From assembly GCA_945919455.1 (NCBI GenBank), contig CAMEJH010000004.1, positions 17 to 64,016 of the forward strand: a stretch of DNA of 64,000 nt, in the 5' to 3' direction. Source of the DNA: an uncultured Clostridium sp. (lineage in GTDB: Bacteria; Bacillota; Clostridia; TANB77; CAG-508). Under the pieces are notes generated by a model. It saw only the letters and a list, made by a program, of their open reading frames with translations. It made no database searches and was not told where the DNA came from. Position numbers and translations under genes: made by a program. Numbering within the stretch: the stretch's first letter is position 1; each line of letters opens with the position of its first letter. Below are positions 51,891 through 62,424 of this stretch, in pieces.

Positions 51891-51919
51891 AGAGAAAGTC
51901 TTTGCTATAGACTTTCTTT
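51891..51919 (-). terminator. Terminator after the giant gene
   Basis: agaaagtct-ttgctat-agactttct with flanking A and T runs, 8 nt after the stop at 51927. Confidence 0.6.
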
Positions 51920-51926
51920 TTTTGTT

Positions 51927-54900
51927 TTATGATGCAGATAAATAATATCTTTCTTTACTATTTACTGATGTTGTTTGAATGCTATATCCGGATGGAATAT
52001 TCGTTATTGTTCCTCTTACTGCTGAGCCTCCATTTATTGTTCCATCATAGAAGTTTACAGTTCCTGTATTTTCTATTCCATATGTTGTTCCTTCTATTGT
52101 TATTACATCTTGACTTACTGTTCCATCATCTTTTCCTAATGTTAATGTTCCTGTATTCTTTATTGCCACTCCTACTGTGCTTGAAATTTTTCCTACTCCA
52201 CTTGAAGTTGAGTCTATTATTGTTAGATTTCCGCTATTATTTATTGTTATATCTAAATCTGAACTTATTGTTTTTTCATTCATATCTAATATAATATTTT
52301 GTCCTTCTGATATTGTAAACGTCATGTCTGATATTATTCCATTAGTTAATTTTATTGTTTGAGTTTCTTCTCCTACTATACTATTTATTGCAGATTGTAA
52401 ATTTGAGAAATCTACTCCATTTACTTGGGCTACTGTACTTATTGTTCCTGCTAATGCTAAATAATCTATAAAATACTCATCTTCTATTTTATTCGCTACT
52501 ATATATCCGCTTTCTACATATGTTATAAATCCTTGTGTTGCTCCTGTTCTTCCTTTTATCTGTCCATCATACATATATACTGTTCCTGTTGATGCTACTG
52601 ATAATCCATATGTTTCTCCCGTAATTACAGGACTTGATGAGTTCATTGTTCCAGTCTCGCCTATGTTTAGTCTACCATTTGCTACATATATTCCTGTATT
52701 TGATTGTATTTCTGCTCCTTCTTTTACTGTTGTTGTTCCTCCTGCATTATAAACTCCATATGTATTATTTGATATTCCTACTTCAGATATATTTGTTGTT
52801 CCAGTATAATTATAAATTCCATATGTATTCGAATTTATATTTCCACTTTCAAAATTTATAATTCCATTTGAATCATTATATATTCCATAAGTATTATTTG
52901 TTAAGTTTCCTCCATTAATAGTTAGTATTCCTGTATTTTTTATTCCATATCCCGAATCTGATATTGAGCCACCTTGTACTTCCATTGTTTTTGCATTTAA
53001 TACCACTATACCTGATAATCCTGTCATCTTTCCTAATTGTTCTGTTGAACTATCTTTTATTCTCAATAGACCTTTATTTTGTAGTTCAATATAATTTTTA
53101 ACTGTATGCCCATTTAAATCTAGGTTTATATTCTGATTTTCTCCAATTATTACTAGTATTCCCGGGTCCAAGTCTCTTAATACCGTTATTGTACTTTCGG
53201 TTGTTCCACATGCTTCTACTGCTTTTTGTATTGAGTCATACTCTGTTCCATTTACTACTACTGCATTTGTTGTTTTTTGTAATAATGTCAATGTTTCATA
53301 TTCGTAGTTGCTTATATTTTCTGTAGTAATTTGTAACTCTGCTAAAAATTTTATTTCAGATATATTATTATATATTGCTTTTGTTGTTCCTTGTATTTTT
53401 CCATCATATAAGTATAATTTTCCTTCTGGGTTATATATTCCATATCCTTGCTCACTATTATCACTCTCTCTTGCTCTTATAGAAATTTTATTTTCTGGTG
53501 AGTCATTATTATTTTTATCTCCAGCATAAACACTTCCATTGCTAACATTATAAATTCCATAGCTACTTCCTCTCCATGAAGGATCACATTCTATACTACC
53601 TCCTCTCATACTAACAACTCCACTACTTTTGTTATAAATTCCACAACTATCAATATAAAAACTACTTGAACTTTTTATAGTTCCTCCAGTAATATCTATT
53701 GTCCCATTATTCACATTACATATTCCACAACTGATAGCATGTTTTGCACCACTATAAGCTGAATCACGTGTATTATAACTATCAATTATGCCTCCAGACA
53801 TTTTTACTGTTCCAGAACTTTCATGATATATTCCTGAGCTTTCATGATAGTCTAAATAATTACCTCCTCCACTTTTTCTATTTTTTATAGTTCCTCCTGT
53901 AATATTTATACTAGCTGTTCCTGCATCATAAATGGCGCAATATGAATCTTGTCCGTTTACATTTATTTTTCCTCCTTGAACCACTAACATACCTTCATTA
54001 TATATTGCCATTCTATTTCTATTTTCAATAGTTCCTCCTGAAATTATCAATGTCGAATTAGTTTTATTAGTTATAGTCTTTTCTTCATTTGTCATAATAG
54101 TTCCAGTATTTTCTTCACTTGTATCTATTATTTCTAACTTTCCTTCATTTTGAAGTGTTTGCTCTGGTATTGAAGAAGTTATTGTATATCCTTTTAAATC
54201 CAATATTATGTCTTTCGTACTTGGAATTTTTATAACTACATCATTTAATGTATATACTATGTTTCTTAATAATATTATTGTTGTTTGATTAGCTCCAACA
54301 GAGTCTATTGCAACTTGCAAGTCTGTATATGTTGTTTCTCCTATTTGTGCTACAGGTATCTTTTCTGTTGTTAACATTAGTATAGTTTCATCTTCATTAT
54401 ATTTAAATTCTGTATCATCTTCTTTTTCTGTTATTGTATCATATACTGCTTTATCTTTTCCTTCTATAATCCCATCGTAAAAATAAAATTTTCCACTTGT
54501 ATTATATATACCATAAGTACTGAATGAAGAAGTTGAAGTAGCTTTTATAGCTGGTTGTTCTTGTGATACCAATCCATCACCTTTTATTCCTAATGTTATA
54601 ATTCCTTGCTTTCCATTATAAATTCCATAGCAATAATAACCACCATGGCAATTTATTGTTCCATTCGACATTTGGATATTTCCATTATTACCATTATAAA
54701 TTCCATAAGAATAATATTCAGCATTGTTGTTAATTACTGTATCTCCTAATATTTCTATATTTCCCATACCTTCATTACGAATTCCATATCCCATAAATTC
54801 GGTTTCATTAATGATTGTTGCTCCTATGATTTTTACATTTCCATTACTTTTGTTGTAAATTCCTTGGTAAGAACTTACTATTTTTACAGATGATAGTTCT

Positions 54901-57900
54901 ATATTTCCACTATTTTCATTATCAATTCCAGTAGTAACATTTATTTCTCCTCCTGTTATTTTTATGCTTCCATTTCCAATATTGTAAATTCCATAACCAT
55001 CTCCATCTATTATTCCATCTGTCATTTCTATATTACCAAAGTTATATATTCCATAGCTAGAACTTACATTATTTGTATTTATAATTCCTTTCTCTATATT
55101 TATTTTTCCATTTTCTCTGTTCAATAAATTAATTCTAGTATCATTAGCAATTAATTTTCCTTGTGATTCTGCACTTGTATCAATTATAGTTAATTCATTA
55201 GTATTTTCCATTCTGTAATAATTATTTACTATTTCGTATCCTTTTAAGTCTAATATTACTTTTTTATTAAACACTGTCGATTGTTCTAATTCAAAATTTC
55301 TTAGTACTTCTATTGTCTTTTCAATATTTCCTAAACTATCTATTGCTTCTTGCAAGTTATAATATCTAACTCCTTCTATTTGAACCACATATTCTCTATT
55401 TGTAATTTCTACTAAATATATAGTCTCTAAGTTTTCTGTTATACTGCTTTCTATTTTACAGTTTTCCCTTAATTGTGTTATGCTTCCTGATAATGCTGTA
55501 GATCCTTGTATTATTCCATTATAGAACTCTACTGCTCCCAATGTATTTATTAGCCCAATTGGTTTTGTATTATTAGGTACTTTTATTCCTTTTATTATAG
55601 GTTTTTCATGAGATATTTCTTTTTCTTTATCACCAATTATTATAGTTGCTGAGTCTTCATTGTAAATTCCATTATAAGCACTTACAGTTCCTCCTATTAT
55701 TTCCGCCTGTTTACAATTATATATTCCATATCCTGAACTCTCATTGTTTACTTCTCCTTCTAATAATTTTACTTTTCCATTATTGTATATCCCATAACTA
55801 GCATAATTTCCTTTATTAATATTTATATTTCCTCCAGTCAGTTCCACTATACCTTCATTATATATTCCATAAATACCATTATCATTATAAGGTGTACTAC
55901 CATTCAAAGAACCACTTATTATTCCTCCAATTACTTCTACTTTTCCACAGTTATATATTCCGTAACCATTTCTACAGCTATTACCGTCTGTTGTTCCTCC
56001 TATTATTTTTGTTGTTCCATTATTTGTATTATAAATTCCATAGCTTTTACTATTACCTTGAGTGTAACTAGTAGTAGCAGAAATTATTCCGTCTATTACT
56101 TCTAAATTTCCGTTATTATATATTCCGTAACTTCTTATTCCATTATTATTACCAACACTTGCACTTATAGTTCCTCCTGTCATTTCTATTTTTCCATCAC
56201 TTACATTATAAATACCATAGTTATTACTTCCCGCATTATTGCTGTCCATGCAACTTATTATGCCACCTTTTACATTTACTTCTCCTGTTGTTTTATTATA
56301 AATACCACAGCCAAAACTACTACTATCGCAAATAATTTGTCCACCTGATATCTTTACTGTTCCTATAGTTTCATTATAAATTCCATAACTATTATCACTA
56401 TTAACGTTTAATGTACCTCCTGTTATTGATACTATTCCTGAATTTTTATTATAAATACCATAATTAGTACCTGTAGATATAATACTTAAGTTTCCCAAAT
56501 TATCAGCAGATTTATCAGTTATTTCCAAATTTCCATAATTATTTATTAGTCTATCTTGTCCTGAAGAAATTGTTAAAATAAAATTATTCAGATCTAGTAT
56601 TATATTCTTATTTGCATTTATTTCTATTGGTTCTTTTAGCTGTATATCTTTTACAATTGTCACTGTATCCCTATAATCATTTTTATATACTTTGGTAGCA
56701 TATATTGCATCTTGTAATTTTGTATAATATATCCATTCTATTCTTGCTTCATATCCTACCACAATTCCTAATTGTATTGTTGTTATTCCGTTTTCAAATC
56801 CTGTTGATACTGGTCCATATTCCTCTGGGGTATCTGTTGTATTTCCTTGAATAGGAGTTATTCCTTGTATTTTCCCATCATAAAAGTTAAATATATCATT
56901 ATTTGATATTCCTATTTTATATCCATATATTGTTGGAGTGTCATATTCTATTGCTGTATTATTATCTCCTAATGTCAATGTTCCATTATTTAATATAGTT
57001 GTTCCATTTAAACTTTCTAATTTTCCTATTTTTTCTGTTGAACTATCTATTAATTGTAGTTTTGCATCATTTATGCATAATGGTTTCTCTAAGCTTGAAC
57101 TTCCTATTGTATATCCTTTTAAGTCTAATACTATATTTTGTCCTTCATATGTATAAAATTCTTCATCTGTACTTTTTAACATTTCTATTGTTGTTTGTGT
57201 TTCTCCTGCTTCTTTACTACATGCGTCTACTGCTGACTGCACCGTTATATATTGGGTACTCCCTATTTGGCATACTGGTTCTTCATATTTTACTGTATAT
57301 CTCATTTGTACTATATCAGCTCTGTTTCCAGCTTTATCCGTTACATTTATATATAAATTATACTTTCCCACTTTCAGTTTAGTTTTATTTATTTCAACTG
57401 TGTTATCAAAGTCTATATATGTTACCGTTTCTCCTTCCTTGGTCCATGCATATTGCATTTTATCTAGTCCACTAACTCCTGTATCTGTTGCATTTAAATT
57501 CACTAATATATCTACGGTATTTTCTTCTCCTGTTACTATATAAGTCGTTTTTGAAGGGCTTATCGTCACTATTGGTTTTTCTTTATCAATATTATTTATA
57601 GCAATTTGATTTTCATCAATAACTATACCACTTTCATTTATTGTTCTTGCATATACTATTTTATTTTCTGTAATTACTATCATTTGAACATTTTCTTCTA
57701 CATTTTTCCATTCTATTCCATCCTCACTGTATTGTCTAATGTAATCATTATATGGATATGTTATTTTTACGGTTACATCTTTATTAGTAAACTCTGTTGG
57801 GCTTGCTTCCATTGTTATTTTTTCTACTGTTTGTGCTAATATTGTGCAGTATTTTTGCTCCTCCTCATAATTGAAATATGTATATGGCATATAACCTGTT

Positions 57901-60900
57901 CTTGGATTTATTTTTCCTTTATATGTTGTTATTTCTGTATTGCTTATTAAAACTCCATTATAAAAATTAAAGCTATATGTTTCTGTATCCATATATATTC
58001 CATAGCTTTCTCCATATATTGCAGGTATTGTTGTGCTTAGTTTGTCATCATTTCTTCCTATTGTTACTTTACTTGTCGTATTCGAATATATTCCGTATGT
58101 TTTTCCTTCTATTCTTCCACCATATATATTTGTCGTACCATTAGCAAATATTCCATACGCACCTGTTCCTATTACTTTTCCTCCTAGTACTTCTACTAAT
58201 GAACTATTGTTAGAATTATATATTCCATAATATCCTTTCACTTCTCCTATGTTAATGTATGTTTTGGCTGAGCTTTGATAATTGTATATTCCATATGCAC
58301 TACTATTAGAATATGTTGCTTCTATTTTTCCACCATTTAAATTTAAGCTTCCTGAATAATTATATATTCCTCTATAATATCCTATTATTTGCACATTATC
58401 TTTTATGTTTATTGTTGCTGAACTAGAATTGTTCCTTATTGGTGCATAACTTGATGAAGTAGATTTATTTTCTATTGTTATATTATCACTTACTATTAAT
58501 GTCCCATTATTAGTCACTGTACTAGTATTATTTGCTTCTGTTGTTATTTTTCCTGTTCCTATTATTTCTATTGTTTTTCCACTATTTATTGTTATTGTTT
58601 CGCTTCTTGTTAATATGTAGCTTTGTACATCAAATGTTACACTTTTACTAAATGTTGCTGTAGTCATATCAGTATAATCACCCAACAACTTGATTACAGA
58701 ACCATCTGTTGCTACATTTATTGCTTCATTTATTGTCTGTGTTGTGATTTTATCATCTATTAAATAGTTTGCTGTTCCTATAGAAATTTCCTTTTTCTCT
58801 GATATATTTCCTGCATTATCTATTGTATACAAATAATATGTTGTATTTGTGTTTAGTCCTTCTATTGTAAATTCATCTGATTTTTGCTCATTCCATGAAT
58901 CAATTTCTCTTGGTTCTGTTATCTCTGTACTTATATAATACCCTCTCAATCCTGATTCTTTTTCTGTTACTTTTACTTCTACTTTTGCATTTTCTCTTGA
59001 TACTATTATTGTATCTATACTATCTATTAATGGTGCTTTTTTATCTATTTTTATTGATGTTTTATCTCCATATTTACTTGTTTTACCATTTTCATATACT
59101 GCTCTTATATATATTTCCTTTTCTATGTCTTCTTTTAATTTAAATATTACTTTATTATTATTTTTTTCATAGTTGTAAAAATTAATATCTTTTCCTAATA
59201 ATGGTGAGTATAATTTTATACTATTTATCATAAACATATCTTGATACAAACTAGTCGAAGAATTTTTTCTATATCCTATGTGTAAATAATATTTCTTTCC
59301 TCCAGTTATTGTTGTCGTATAATCTGATGTTTTCGTGCTTCCTGATACATATATAAATCTTCCTTCTGTCGTATTATATCTTGGTGGTGTTGAACTTTCT
59401 GTTATTGTTGCATATCCATAGTCATTATTTGTTTGACTTGATATTGTTGTATTTAATGTTATCTCCAAATTTGCTTCTGGATAATCAGTCAAATCTATTT
59501 CAAAATAGCTGTTTGCAGTTGTATTATTTTTTCCATTGTTATTTGATTTTAATGTTCCATCTGCTTGTACTCCGAAATAATATGTTCCATTATTAGTTGG
59601 TCCACTTATCCATTCTGGTTTATCTTCTGACATTGGAAAAGCTGTTATATAATCTATACTTGTTGGTATTATTTCTCCTGAAATATCTTTCCATGTTGTT
59701 CCATCCTCAGAATATTGATATTTTTCTACTACATTTCCTGTTGCAGTTGTATCTGTGTTTACTTCCCCATATAGATCATCTTTTGTCCATGTTCCTTGTT
59801 CGTAATTAATTCCACTTGAATCATTATGCTTTAATATTAATTCTGGTGCTTCTTTACTTATTACTATTACATAATTGTTGCTTGCTTCATTTCCTGCTTT
59901 ATCCTTTGTTGTAACTGTTATTTCATATCTTCCCACTTCTGTTAGTGTTAATGATTTTGGCTCATTAATATTTTGATATGTTGTTACTTCTCCACTTGCG
60001 TTTGTTTCTGTATAAACTGTTGAATCTTTTAATATTGTATATGTTGTTTGTTTATGCCCTGATTCATTGTCACTTCCGTCTACTTTTTCTATATATATGT
60101 CTTGATCTGTAACTGTTGGATTTGTTTTGTCAAATTCTTGTCCTTGATCATCTACCAAAGTTCCTGGTGTTGGATTTATTGTATCTATGTTTCCTACTTC
60201 TACTTCTGCTGTATATGTTTTTCCATCATTGTCTACTGCATGGAAATAATACTTTCCATTTTCTTTTATTGGTTCAGTATCTGGTGTTGATACTTCTATC
60301 TTTTCTTTTTGTGCTTCTGTTACTGTTGTCCATTCTGAGCTTATTACATTACTAGCTTTTTCTTCTTTTGTAATTACATATTTCTCAAATTGTCTTGTAT
60401 TATCTTTTCCTTGATCTATTTCTGCTTTTGCTGTTAATATTACTCCGTCTTTGGTCCATCCATCTTCTGTTGGATTTTTCATTGTTTGTGTTAGCTCAAC
60501 TCCAACAACTACTATTTTTATTACATATACATTGCTTGCGTCATTTCCTACTTTATCTTTCGTTGTAACTGTTATTTCATAGCTTCCTGTTTCTGTTAGT
60601 GTTAATGATTTTGGGTTACTTAAATCTTGGTATGTTATTAATTCTCCATTTTCAGCTATTTTTTGATATATTTTTGAATCTTTTACTACTGTATATGTTG
60701 TTTCTTTATGTCCTGATTCATCGTCACTTCCATCTACTTTTTCTATATATGTATCTTTGTCTACAATAGTTGGATTTGTCTTGCTAAATTCTTGTCCATT
60801 ATCGTCTACTAATGTTCCTGGTGTTGGTTTTGCTATATCAACTTTTCCTACTTGTATCTTATCTGTATAAATTTTTCCATCACTATCTTTGACATGAAAA

Positions 60901-61385
60901 TAATATGTTCCATTTTCTGTAATTGGATCATCTTCTGGTGTTGATACTTCTATCTTTTCTTTTTCCGTTGATGTTGTTTTGGTCCAATCTGAATTTGGAA
61001 TATTATTGGGATTTTCTTCTTTACTTATTACATATTCATCTAGTTTTTTTGTATTTTGTTCATTTTCTTTTTTTATTTCTGCTTTAGCTGTTAATGTAAC
61101 ACCATCTTTAGTCCATCCATCTTCTGTTGGATTTTTTATAGTCTGGGTTAATTCAGTTATCACATTTGCTTTTGACATATTTTGGTATATTTCATCAACT
61201 CTTTCTATGTCTTTTGCATAATTTTCTTGTATCTGTTTTACTTCTTGTTCTTGCACTTGTAATCTATTTAAGTTTGAAAGATATGTTCCTGTTAATATAA
61301 ATACAAAAAATAGGCAAGCTAATAATACAAATAATGTTATTGCTCCCCTTTCTTGTTTATTTTTAATCTTGTTTTTATATTTCAT
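51927..61385 (-). CDS. Giant (3152 aa) N-terminally anchored modular surface protein: duplicated Ig-like block plus at least 7 beta-helix-type modules rich in YGIYN repeats
   Basis: Uninterrupted 9.46-kb ORF. One N-terminal TM segment and no C-terminal sorting signal. Internal repeat architecture is described in findings. Confidence 0.9.
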   Translation of the reverse strand: MKYKNKIKNKQERGAITLFVLLACLFFVFILTGTYLSNLNRLQVQEQEVKQIQENYAKDIERVDEIYQNMSKANVITELTQTIKNPTEDGWTKDGVTLTAKAEIKKENEQNTKKLDEYVISKEENPNNIPNSDWTKTTSTEKEKIEVSTPEDDPITENGTYYFHVKDSDGKIYTDKIQVGKVDIAKPTPGTLVDDNGQEFSKTNPTIVDKDTYIEKVDGSDDESGHKETTYTVVKDSKIYQKIAENGELITYQDLSNPKSLTLTETGSYEITVTTKDKVGNDASNVYVIKIVVVGVELTQTMKNPTEDGWTKDGVILTAKAEIDQGKDNTRQFEKYVITKEEKASNVISSEWTTVTEAQKEKIEVSTPDTEPIKENGKYYFHAVDNDGKTYTAEVEVGNIDTINPTPGTLVDDQGQEFDKTNPTVTDQDIYIEKVDGSDNESGHKQTTYTILKDSTVYTETNASGEVTTYQNINEPKSLTLTEVGRYEITVTTKDKAGNEASNNYVIVISKEAPELILKHNDSSGINYEQGTWTKDDLYGEVNTDTTATGNVVEKYQYSEDGTTWKDISGEIIPTSIDYITAFPMSEDKPEWISGPTNNGTYYFGVQADGTLKSNNNGKNNTTANSYFEIDLTDYPEANLEITLNTTISSQTNNDYGYATITESSTPPRYNTTEGRFIYVSGSTKTSDYTTTITGGKKYYLHIGYRKNSSTSLYQDMFMINSIKLYSPLLGKDINFYNYEKNNNKVIFKLKEDIEKEIYIRAVYENGKTSKYGDKTSIKIDKKAPLIDSIDTIIVSRENAKVEVKVTEKESGLRGYYISTEITEPREIDSWNEQKSDEFTIEGLNTNTTYYLYTIDNAGNISEKKEISIGTANYLIDDKITTQTINEAINVATDGSVIKLLGDYTDMTTATFSKSVTFDVQSYILTRSETITINSGKTIEIIGTGKITTEANNTSTVTNNGTLIVSDNITIENKSTSSSYAPIRNNSSSATINIKDNVQIIGYYRGIYNYSGSLNLNGGKIEATYSNSSAYGIYNYQSSAKTYINIGEVKGYYGIYNSNNSSLVEVLGGKVIGTGAYGIFANGTTNIYGGRIEGKTYGIYSNTTSKVTIGRNDDKLSTTIPAIYGESYGIYMDTETYSFNFYNGVLISNTEITTYKGKINPRTGYMPYTYFNYEEEQKYCTILAQTVEKITMEASPTEFTNKDVTVKITYPYNDYIRQYSEDGIEWKNVEENVQMIVITENKIVYARTINESGIVIDENQIAINNIDKEKPIVTISPSKTTYIVTGEENTVDILVNLNATDTGVSGLDKMQYAWTKEGETVTYIDFDNTVEINKTKLKVGKYNLYINVTDKAGNRADIVQMRYTVKYEEPVCQIGSTQYITVQSAVDACSKEAGETQTTIEMLKSTDEEFYTYEGQNIVLDLKGYTIGSSSLEKPLCINDAKLQLIDSSTEKIGKLESLNGTTILNNGTLTLGDNNTAIEYDTPTIYGYKIGISNNDIFNFYDGKIQGITPIQGNTTDTPEEYGPVSTGFENGITTIQLGIVVGYEARIEWIYYTKLQDAIYATKVYKNDYRDTVTIVKDIQLKEPIEINANKNIILDLNNFILTISSGQDRLINNYGNLEITDKSADNLGNLSIISTGTNYGIYNKNSGIVSITGGTLNVNSDNSYGIYNETIGTVKISGGQIICDSSSFGCGIYNKTTGEVNVKGGIISCMDSNNAGSNNYGIYNVSDGKIEMTGGTISASVGNNNGIRSYGIYNNGNLEVIDGIISATTSYTQGNSKSYGIYNTNNGTTKIIGGTTDGNSCRNGYGIYNCGKVEVIGGIISGSLNGSTPYNDNGIYGIYNEGIVELTGGNININKGNYASYGIYNNGKVKLLEGEVNNESSGYGIYNCKQAEIIGGTVSAYNGIYNEDSATIIIGDKEKEISHEKPIIKGIKVPNNTKPIGLINTLGAVEFYNGIIQGSTALSGSITQLRENCKIESSITENLETIYLVEITNREYVVQIEGVRYYNLQEAIDSLGNIEKTIEVLRNFELEQSTVFNKKVILDLKGYEIVNNYYRMENTNELTIIDTSAESQGKLIANDTRINLLNRENGKINIEKGIINTNNVSSSYGIYNFGNIEMTDGIIDGDGYGIYNIGNGSIKITGGEINVTTGIDNENSGNIELSSVKIVSSYQGIYNKSNGNVKIIGATIINETEFMGYGIRNEGMGNIEILGDTVINNNAEYYSYGIYNGNNGNIQMSNGTINCHGGYYCYGIYNGKQGIITLGIKGDGLVSQEQPAIKATSTSSFSTYGIYNTSGKFYFYDGIIEGKDKAVYDTITEKEDDTEFKYNEDETILMLTTEKIPVAQIGETTYTDLQVAIDSVGANQTTIILLRNIVYTLNDVVIKIPSTKDIILDLKGYTITSSIPEQTLQNEGKLEIIDTSEENTGTIMTNEEKTITNKTNSTLIISGGTIENRNRMAIYNEGMLVVQGGKINVNGQDSYCAIYDAGTASINITGGTIKNRKSGGGNYLDYHESSGIYHESSGTVKMSGGIIDSYNTRDSAYSGAKHAISCGICNVNNGTIDITGGTIKSSSSFYIDSCGIYNKSSGVVSMRGGSIECDPSWRGSSYGIYNVSNGSVYAGDKNNNDSPENKISIRARESDNSEQGYGIYNPEGKLYLYDGKIQGTTKAIYNNISEIKFLAELQITTENISNYEYETLTLLQKTTNAVVVNGTEYDSIQKAVEACGTTESTITVLRDLDPGILVIIGENQNINLDLNGHTVKNYIELQNKGLLRIKDSSTEQLGKMTGLSGIVVLNAKTMEVQGGSISDSGYGIKNTGILTINGGNLTNNTYGIYNDSNGIINFESGNINSNTYGIYNYTGTTNISEVGISNNTYGVYNAGGTTTVKEGAEIQSNTGIYVANGRLNIGETGTMNSSSPVITGETYGLSVASTGTVYMYDGQIKGRTGATQGFITYVESGYIVANKIEDEYFIDYLALAGTISTVAQVNGVDFSNLQSAINSIVGEETQTIKLTNGIISDMTFTISEGQNIILDMNEKTISSDLDITINNSGNLTIIDSTSSGVGKISSTVGVAIKNTGTLTLGKDDGTVSQDVITIEGTTYGIENTGTVNFYDGTINGGSAVRGTITNIPSGYSIQTTSVNSKERYYLSAS
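59850..61157 (-). repeat. Tandem duplication of a ~660-bp (~220-aa) coding block inside the giant gene
   Basis: Residues ~77-295 and ~297-512 align collinearly (ELTQT.KNPTEDGWTKDGV.LTAKAEI ... ITVTTKDK.GN.ASN.YVI). Confidence 0.8.
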
Positions 61386-61499
61386 TTTCTCTTCCTCCGT
61401 TATCTATTTTTTGACTTTTTTAAACTTTTTTCTCCATACTTATATTATATATTATGAGTTTTTTGTTTGCAATATTTAAATAAAAAAATATCAAAAAAA

Positions 61500-61520
61500 T
61501 GAAGGTACTATGTACCTTCA
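61500..61520 (-). terminator. Terminator after the CmpB-like gene
   Basis: tgaaggtac-tat-gtaccttca, followed by T7 on the minus strand. Confidence 0.65.
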
Positions 61521-61539
61521 AAGAGTATTAATTAAATAT

Positions 61540-62403
61540 TTACTTACTTTCATTCTTTTTTCTAGATAATTTATGAAAACTATGTTTTGAAGAATCTAGC
61601 ATTCCTCTAATTTCAGCTTTAGAATTATCTATTTTATTTTTCAATTCCTCTTTTGAGTTATCTATTTTATTCTTTATTTCTTCTTTTGAATTGTCTATTT
61701 TAATTGCTATTTCTTGTTTTGATTCTTCTATTTTCTTTTTCATTTCATCCCATTTATTATACAATACATTTTCTTTAATTCTAGGGAATGCATGTACAAG
61801 TCTTCTGTATAAACGATATTTTTTTCGAATAATTTTCTTTACTTTATCTGAAATCTCTATTGTATTATCTTTAAATTCTCTAGACATTTCTTTTAAGTTA
61901 AGTATTATTTTAAATGAAACTATCATATCTATAACATATATTACCAAGAATATCCCCGTAAATGTATGCAATGCTAAATCTGGTAACATGTTGATATATT
62001 TTAGTAAAAATGGATTTGCTATATATATTATAAATATTCCAGCTATTCCAAACGGAATAAGGGTTTCTAAGCATATACGTCCATTTATATTAAACTTTCT
62101 ATTACTATAGTCCCACCATCTTGCTTTAAATATTTTTTCCATAATATAACTTGTAGCGTATTCTAGTGTTCCACAAATTAGTAATGACATAAAAAATGTT
62201 ATCCAAATGTCATCATTATATTTAGCTAGGAGTATTGTTATTAGCAATACTCCCGCTCCATATATTGGACAATATGGTCCAATTAAAAATCCTCTATTTA
62301 CAAATTTCTTTTTTTTAATAGTATCTCCAACGGATTCCATTAACCATCCTAGGAATGAGTAAATAAAAAACAGTACAACATATTTTTCTATTTCAATAAT
62401 CAT
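61540..62403 (-). CDS. Polytopic membrane protein of the putative ABC-transporter type IV (CmpB/DUF1113-like) family with repetitive C-terminal tail
   Basis: FFIYSFLGWLMES...NRGFLIGPYCPIYGAG is the family signature as I recall it. The C-terminus carries KIDNSKEEIKN units. Confidence 0.7.
   Translation of the reverse strand: MIIEIEKYVVLFFIYSFLGWLMESVGDTIKKKKFVNRGFLIGPYCPIYGAGVLLITILLAKYNDDIWITFFMSLLICGTLEYATSYIMEKIFKARWWDYSNRKFNINGRICLETLIPFGIAGIFIIYIANPFLLKYINMLPDLALHTFTGIFLVIYVIDMIVSFKIILNLKEMSREFKDNTIEISDKVKKIIRKKYRLYRRLVHAFPRIKENVLYNKWDEMKKKIEESKQEIAIKIDNSKEEIKNKIDNSKEELKNKIDNSKAEIRGMLDSSKHSFHKLSRKKNESK
61603..61701 (-). repeat. Three tandem 33-bp coding repeats (KIDNSK.E(I/L)..), flanked by degenerate copies
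   Basis: KIDNSKEEIKN / KIDNSKEELKN / KIDNSKAEIRG, with KIEESKQEIAI before and MLDSSKHSFHK after. Confidence 0.8.
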
Positions 62404-62424
62404 TATTGTCCCTTTCTTTTACCA

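Noticed and set aside
61176-61385. Type IV pilin / PilX- or TadG-like N-terminus for the giant protein and its stub (..ERGAITLFVLL..)
   Set aside because: The resemblance is only a short (E)RG plus a hydrophobic helix. There is no G/FxxxE prepilin cleavage motif and no pilus assembly genes nearby. A plain signal-anchor is the safer reading.
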